IMG/VR virus record: IMGVR_UViG_3300025534_000009
Length of the DNA stretch: 20,000 nt
DNA from: an uncultured virus (IMG/VR IMGVR_UViG_3300025534_000009)
Lineage: Duplodnaviria; Heunggongvirae; Uroviricota; Caudoviricetes
Strand: one strand, 5' to 3'
The notes beneath the pieces were generated by a model. It ran no database searches, had not been told where the DNA came from, and saw only the letters and a program-made list of their open reading frames with translations. Position 1 is the first letter of the stretch. Each line of letters opens with the position of its first letter. This document shows positions 17,165 to 20,000 of this stretch, one piece after another. The position numbers and the translations under genes are program-made.

Positions 17165-18091
17165 ATGACTGCTGTTGCCGTTCACGCTCCCGAGGCGCCG
17201 GTTGTTCTTGACTTCGAAGCCGCCCGTGCTGCGGCCAAGGAGGCGGCCCCGGAGTTGTTTGCCCTCGCCGAGAGCAAGCTTCAGGAGGGGGGCAAGGGCG
17301 GCATCAAGGAGATCGCGGACGGTCGCTCCGACGAGTTCCGCGTCAATCCGTTCAGCCTCTACGTCGAGCCGGGCTGGAACTCCCGCGACCTGGACGACCC
17401 CGAGAACCACAAGCACATCGATTGGCTGTCGAAGAACATTGCCGAGAACGGCGTCCTCGATGCTCTTGAGGTTTATGTCTGCAATGGCCGCCTGAAGATC
17501 GTTGACGGTCACTGCCGGTACTTCGCGACGATGCGCGCCATCGCCAACGGTGCGCAGATCAAGACCGTCCCGGTGAAGACGGTCCCGAAGGGCTCCGACG
17601 AGGGCGATCGCATTCTGTCTCAGATCGTCCGGAACGCCGGTAAGCGACTTTCTCCCCTTGAGACCGGGGTCGTCTACAAGAAGCTCATGGCTCTCGGCTG
17701 GTCCGAGAACGATATTGCCAAGCGGTCGAGCTGCACTGTGAACAGCGTTCGCCAGCTCCTGGCCCTTCAGGAGGCGCCCGTCGAGATCAAGAAGTACATC
17801 ACGCAGCGCCGCATCTCGGCGACTCTGGCGGCCGAGACCCTGCGCCACTACCCCGAGCAGGAGGCGATCCAGATCATCCGTGATCAGATCGCCGAGGCCG
17901 ACAAGACCGGTCGTCGCCGGGTGACCAAGAAGCACATCGAGAAGACCGTCGCGTCCTTCTCGCCAAAGGCCCGCCTGCGCGAGCTGTTGGAGGCGTTCTC
18001 CGTGGCTGAGGTGGTCACCAGTGACGACGAGGTGCTGGTGCGGTTCGACGTGGCCACCTACGAGAAGGTGCGCGAAGCGCTGGTCTGCTGA
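17165..18091 (+). CDS. ParB/Srx-family protein (ParB N-terminal domain plus HTH)
   Basis: WNSR, IVDGHCRY, LSPLE and GWSENDIAKR(HTH) motifs, with RBS TAAGGAG. Confidence 0.9.
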   Translation: MTAVAVHAPEAPVVLDFEAARAAAKEAAPELFALAESKLQEGGKGGIKEIADGRSDEFRVNPFSLYVEPGWNSRDLDDPENHKHIDWLSKNIAENGVLDALEVYVCNGRLKIVDGHCRYFATMRAIANGAQIKTVPVKTVPKGSDEGDRILSQIVRNAGKRLSPLETGVVYKKLMALGWSENDIAKRSSCTVNSVRQLLALQEAPVEIKKYITQRRISATLAAETLRHYPEQEAIQIIRDQIAEADKTGRRRVTKKHIEKTVASFSPKARLRELLEAFSVAEVVTSDDEVLVRFDVATYEKVREALVC

Positions 18092-18111
18092 TCACAGTGC
18101 CTTCGACGGAC

Positions 18112-18142
18112 AGGAAGCGATCCCGTAAAGGATCGCTTCCTT
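18112..18142 (+). terminator. Terminator-like hairpin after the ParB-like gene
   Basis: 12-bp stem AGGAAGCGATCC-CGTAAA-GGATCGCTTCCT with only a short T tail. Confidence 0.65.
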
Positions 18143-18331
18143 ACGGTCTCGCGTAATGAAAGGTTTGGGGACGTCCATAAGCGTTTTTTCCCGTCGGGCA
18201 GACAAGAGGCGGTGAGTGCCATCCCCGTTGAAAACACCCACAGGAACTGTTGACCTTATGAAAAAAGACGTTCGCTAGAAGGCGCCCCAGAGAGCTTCGC
18301 GAACATTGGAAGGACAGGAAGAGACACCGAT

Positions 18332-18547
18332 ATGTCTGACCGTCGTTTCGGCAACCTGCCCGAGAAGATGTCATGGATGCTCCGTGTTCTTCTCATGGTT
18401 GCCGTGCTCATTGTGGCGGGGTTCGTGATCCGAGCTGCCGATCAGGCCTACGGAATTCTGGCCGGAGCCACCGTTCTCGCCGGTTTCGTCATCGGAATCG
18501 GATTTGTGGTCGCAAGACGCCACAAGCTAACGGGCTCATGGAACTGA
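18332..18547 (+). CDS. Small membrane protein (2 TM)
   Basis: 71 aa with two hydrophobic helices and a basic C-terminus. Confidence 0.7.
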   Translation: MSDRRFGNLPEKMSWMLRVLLMVAVLIVAGFVIRAADQAYGILAGATVLAGFVIGIGFVVARRHKLTGSWN

Positions 18548-18596
18548 ATGAAATGCTCCGCTGGGAAGTGTGCAGTCCACTTCCCCAACTTCGAAA

Positions 18597-18625
18597 GCGG
18601 CCCTCACTGGGCCGCCTTTTCTTTT
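18597..18625 (+). terminator. Rho-independent terminator
   Basis: GCGGCCC-TCACT-GGGCCGC followed by CTTTTCTTTT. Confidence 0.75.
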
Positions 18626-19023
18626 GCATTAGATGCAGTCTCGGCATTCTGGAGCACATGGTTCCAGTCTCCGCAAAGAGCCGCGACGGCCATGTGCAGG
18701 CGCTTGCCGAATGAGCTGTCATAGATGGCGGCCGCAAACAGGGCTGTTGGGAGGATGACCACGAGCCCAGCCAGGGCACAGATTTCCACAAACGCCAGAT
18801 GGGTAAGTCTGTCTTGAAGTGGAGTGAGGGCAAGATAGACCAGAGCCATCACGCCAAGCATCAGGGCGACTCCCAGTGCAGGCGGGACCAGGGTGAGAAC
18901 AAGACCGAGCACGTAGCTTATGCCCTTCCCCGCTTTGCATGCAGCGTGGTTCCAACAACCTTTGAGCTTCGTCGCAAACGTTCCCATCCCGGCCCCAGCG
19001 CTATCCGTTTTCTGAAACGGCAC
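18604..19023 (-). CDS. Membrane protein (about 3 TM)
   Basis: Hydrophobic ORF. The start may instead be the ATG at 18987. Confidence 0.7.
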   Translation of the reverse strand: MPFQKTDSAGAGMGTFATKLKGCWNHAACKAGKGISYVLGLVLTLVPPALGVALMLGVMALVYLALTPLQDRLTHLAFVEICALAGLVVILPTALFAAAIYDSSFGKRLHMAVAALCGDWNHVLQNAETASNAKEKAAQ

Positions 19024-19168
19024 GGAGTTTCTGGCCGAGAAAGAGAGCCAGTGGCAACCCGGCTGTGACGGTTGTCACCAAGCAGCTGAGGGGGTGGAAA
19101 AGTCGCTCAACCGAGGGAGTTGGGAATGATCGAGTATGGGCGCTTGTGTCGGTCAGGCGCCACAAAAC

Positions 19169-19254
19169 TGGCTCGGGTGGCAGGACTCGAACCTGCAATG
19201 CCTTTCGGCGACCGGTTAACAGCCGGTTGTGACTACCAATTCCACCACACCCGA
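19169..19254 (-). tRNA. tRNA-Asn (anticodon GTT), 86 nt, long variable arm, encoded CCA
   Basis: Acceptor stem TCGGGTG/CACCCGA, D stem GTGG/TCAC, anticodon arm ACCGG-CTGTTAA-CCGGT, T arm GCAGG-TTCGAGT-CCTGC, G73 and CCA. TAAATA lies upstream at 19273-19268. Confidence 0.95.
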
Positions 19255-19412
19255 TCAAATACGACAGTATTTATCATCAAAATATCTCGTGAGATAACGT
19301 GAAATAGAAACGCGCGCCCATTCATTGTCCATCTCATCAGGTATGAATGAAATGCATGGCAGTAAAATAGCAAACGGGTTAAATACAGCGCATATTAATT
19401 TCCGGGAGAATT

Positions 19413-19592
19413 ATGTTGAAGAAGTTCAAGTCGCGTCTCGCCGAGGCGTGGAAGCGTTTTTGCATGAGTGAAGAGGAAAGATATCTGATGCAGGCGACCG
19501 ATCTGGAAGACCTGGAGCGTCGAATGCAACGCTGGCGCGAAATGGAAATCGAGCGCAAGCACAGAATGCACATCTTTTATTTACAGCGATGA
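19413..19592 (+). CDS. DUF3563-like small protein (59 aa, not in ORF track)
   Basis: EERYLMQATDLEDLERRMQ motif, GGAG RBS and TAAATA at 19380-19385. Confidence 0.75.
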   Translation: MLKKFKSRLAEAWKRFCMSEEERYLMQATDLEDLERRMQRWREMEIERKHRMHIFYLQR

Positions 19593-19639
19593 TATTGGTC
19601 GGCGTCCTACTCGTAAATAGCGCCGGGGAGTAGGCCGCC

Positions 19640-19996
19640 ATGAAGAAGTTCTTCAAGGACCTGTTTACGGGTCGAAACAACAATTACGACATCGCTCGCG
19701 TCATGTGGTTCCAGTCCATCCAGGCGTACATGCTCATTTCCGCCTACTCGATCTATCAGGGTGGAACGTTTGACGCCATTGGATGGGGCGCAGGTCTAGC
19801 TGCGCTTCTCGGCGGCGGTGGTGCTGCGATCGGACTGAAGGCCAACGCCGATCCAGACGATCTCAACGGTGATGGCTACGTGGACGAAATCGAGCGGGCT
19901 CGCGCTCTCGAACGGCGCATGAAGCATATCGGTCGCCCGCGCCGCAATCGCGGACGGAACATGGACGATGACGATAATCCCTTCATCGGAGATTGA
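19640..19996 (+). CDS. Phage membrane protein (holin-like) with an EF-hand-like loop
   Basis: KDLFTG..N.YDIARV, two hydrophobic/glycine-zipper segments and DLNGDGYVDEIE. TAAATA at 19614-19619. Confidence 0.75.
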   Translation: MKKFFKDLFTGRNNNYDIARVMWFQSIQAYMLISAYSIYQGGTFDAIGWGAGLAALLGGGGAAIGLKANADPDDLNGDGYVDEIERARALERRMKHIGRPRRNRGRNMDDDDNPFIGD

Positions 19997-20000
19997 AAAA

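Noticed and set aside
16063..17935. Long antisense ORFs (16063-16881, 17111-17935; likewise 10804-11559)
   Set aside because: They are shadow frames of GC3-rich genes that have clear motifs on the opposite strand.
19169..19254. tRNA as an integration (att) site
   Set aside because: No integrase or duplicated tRNA 3' end was seen in the window.
1..20000. Alternative genetic code or stop-codon reassignment explaining the broken genes
   Set aside because: TAA, TAG and TGA all end well-packed genes, and the ligase lesions are frameshifts rather than in-frame stops.

Overview
This window looks like part of a large T4-like (jumbo) phage genome from an alphaproteobacterial host, probably Hyphomicrobiales, that also carries a plasmid-type replicon. 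Positions 1-3434 hold a tightly packed cluster of probable virion/head proteins with TAAATA late-promoter motifs. After it come a decayed Rnl2-family RNA ligase, a HAD nucleotidase, a vWA protein with a partner gene, and a COG3904-like secreted protein. Positions 11.7-14.9 kb form a plasmid-like block. It contains a wHTH rep-like gene with two paralogous counter-transcribed sRNA cassettes, eight 21-bp iterons in mixed orientation, and a gene that resembles IncA/C-type RepA along its whole length. Further right are a low-complexity acidic protein, a DNA amino-methyltransferase, a ParB-like protein, a tRNA-Asn(GTT) with a long variable arm, a DUF3563-like protein and a holin-like membrane protein. 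The best hypothesis is a jumbo phage-plasmid, possibly partly decaying. Family assignments come from motif recognition and recalled sequences only; no searches were run.
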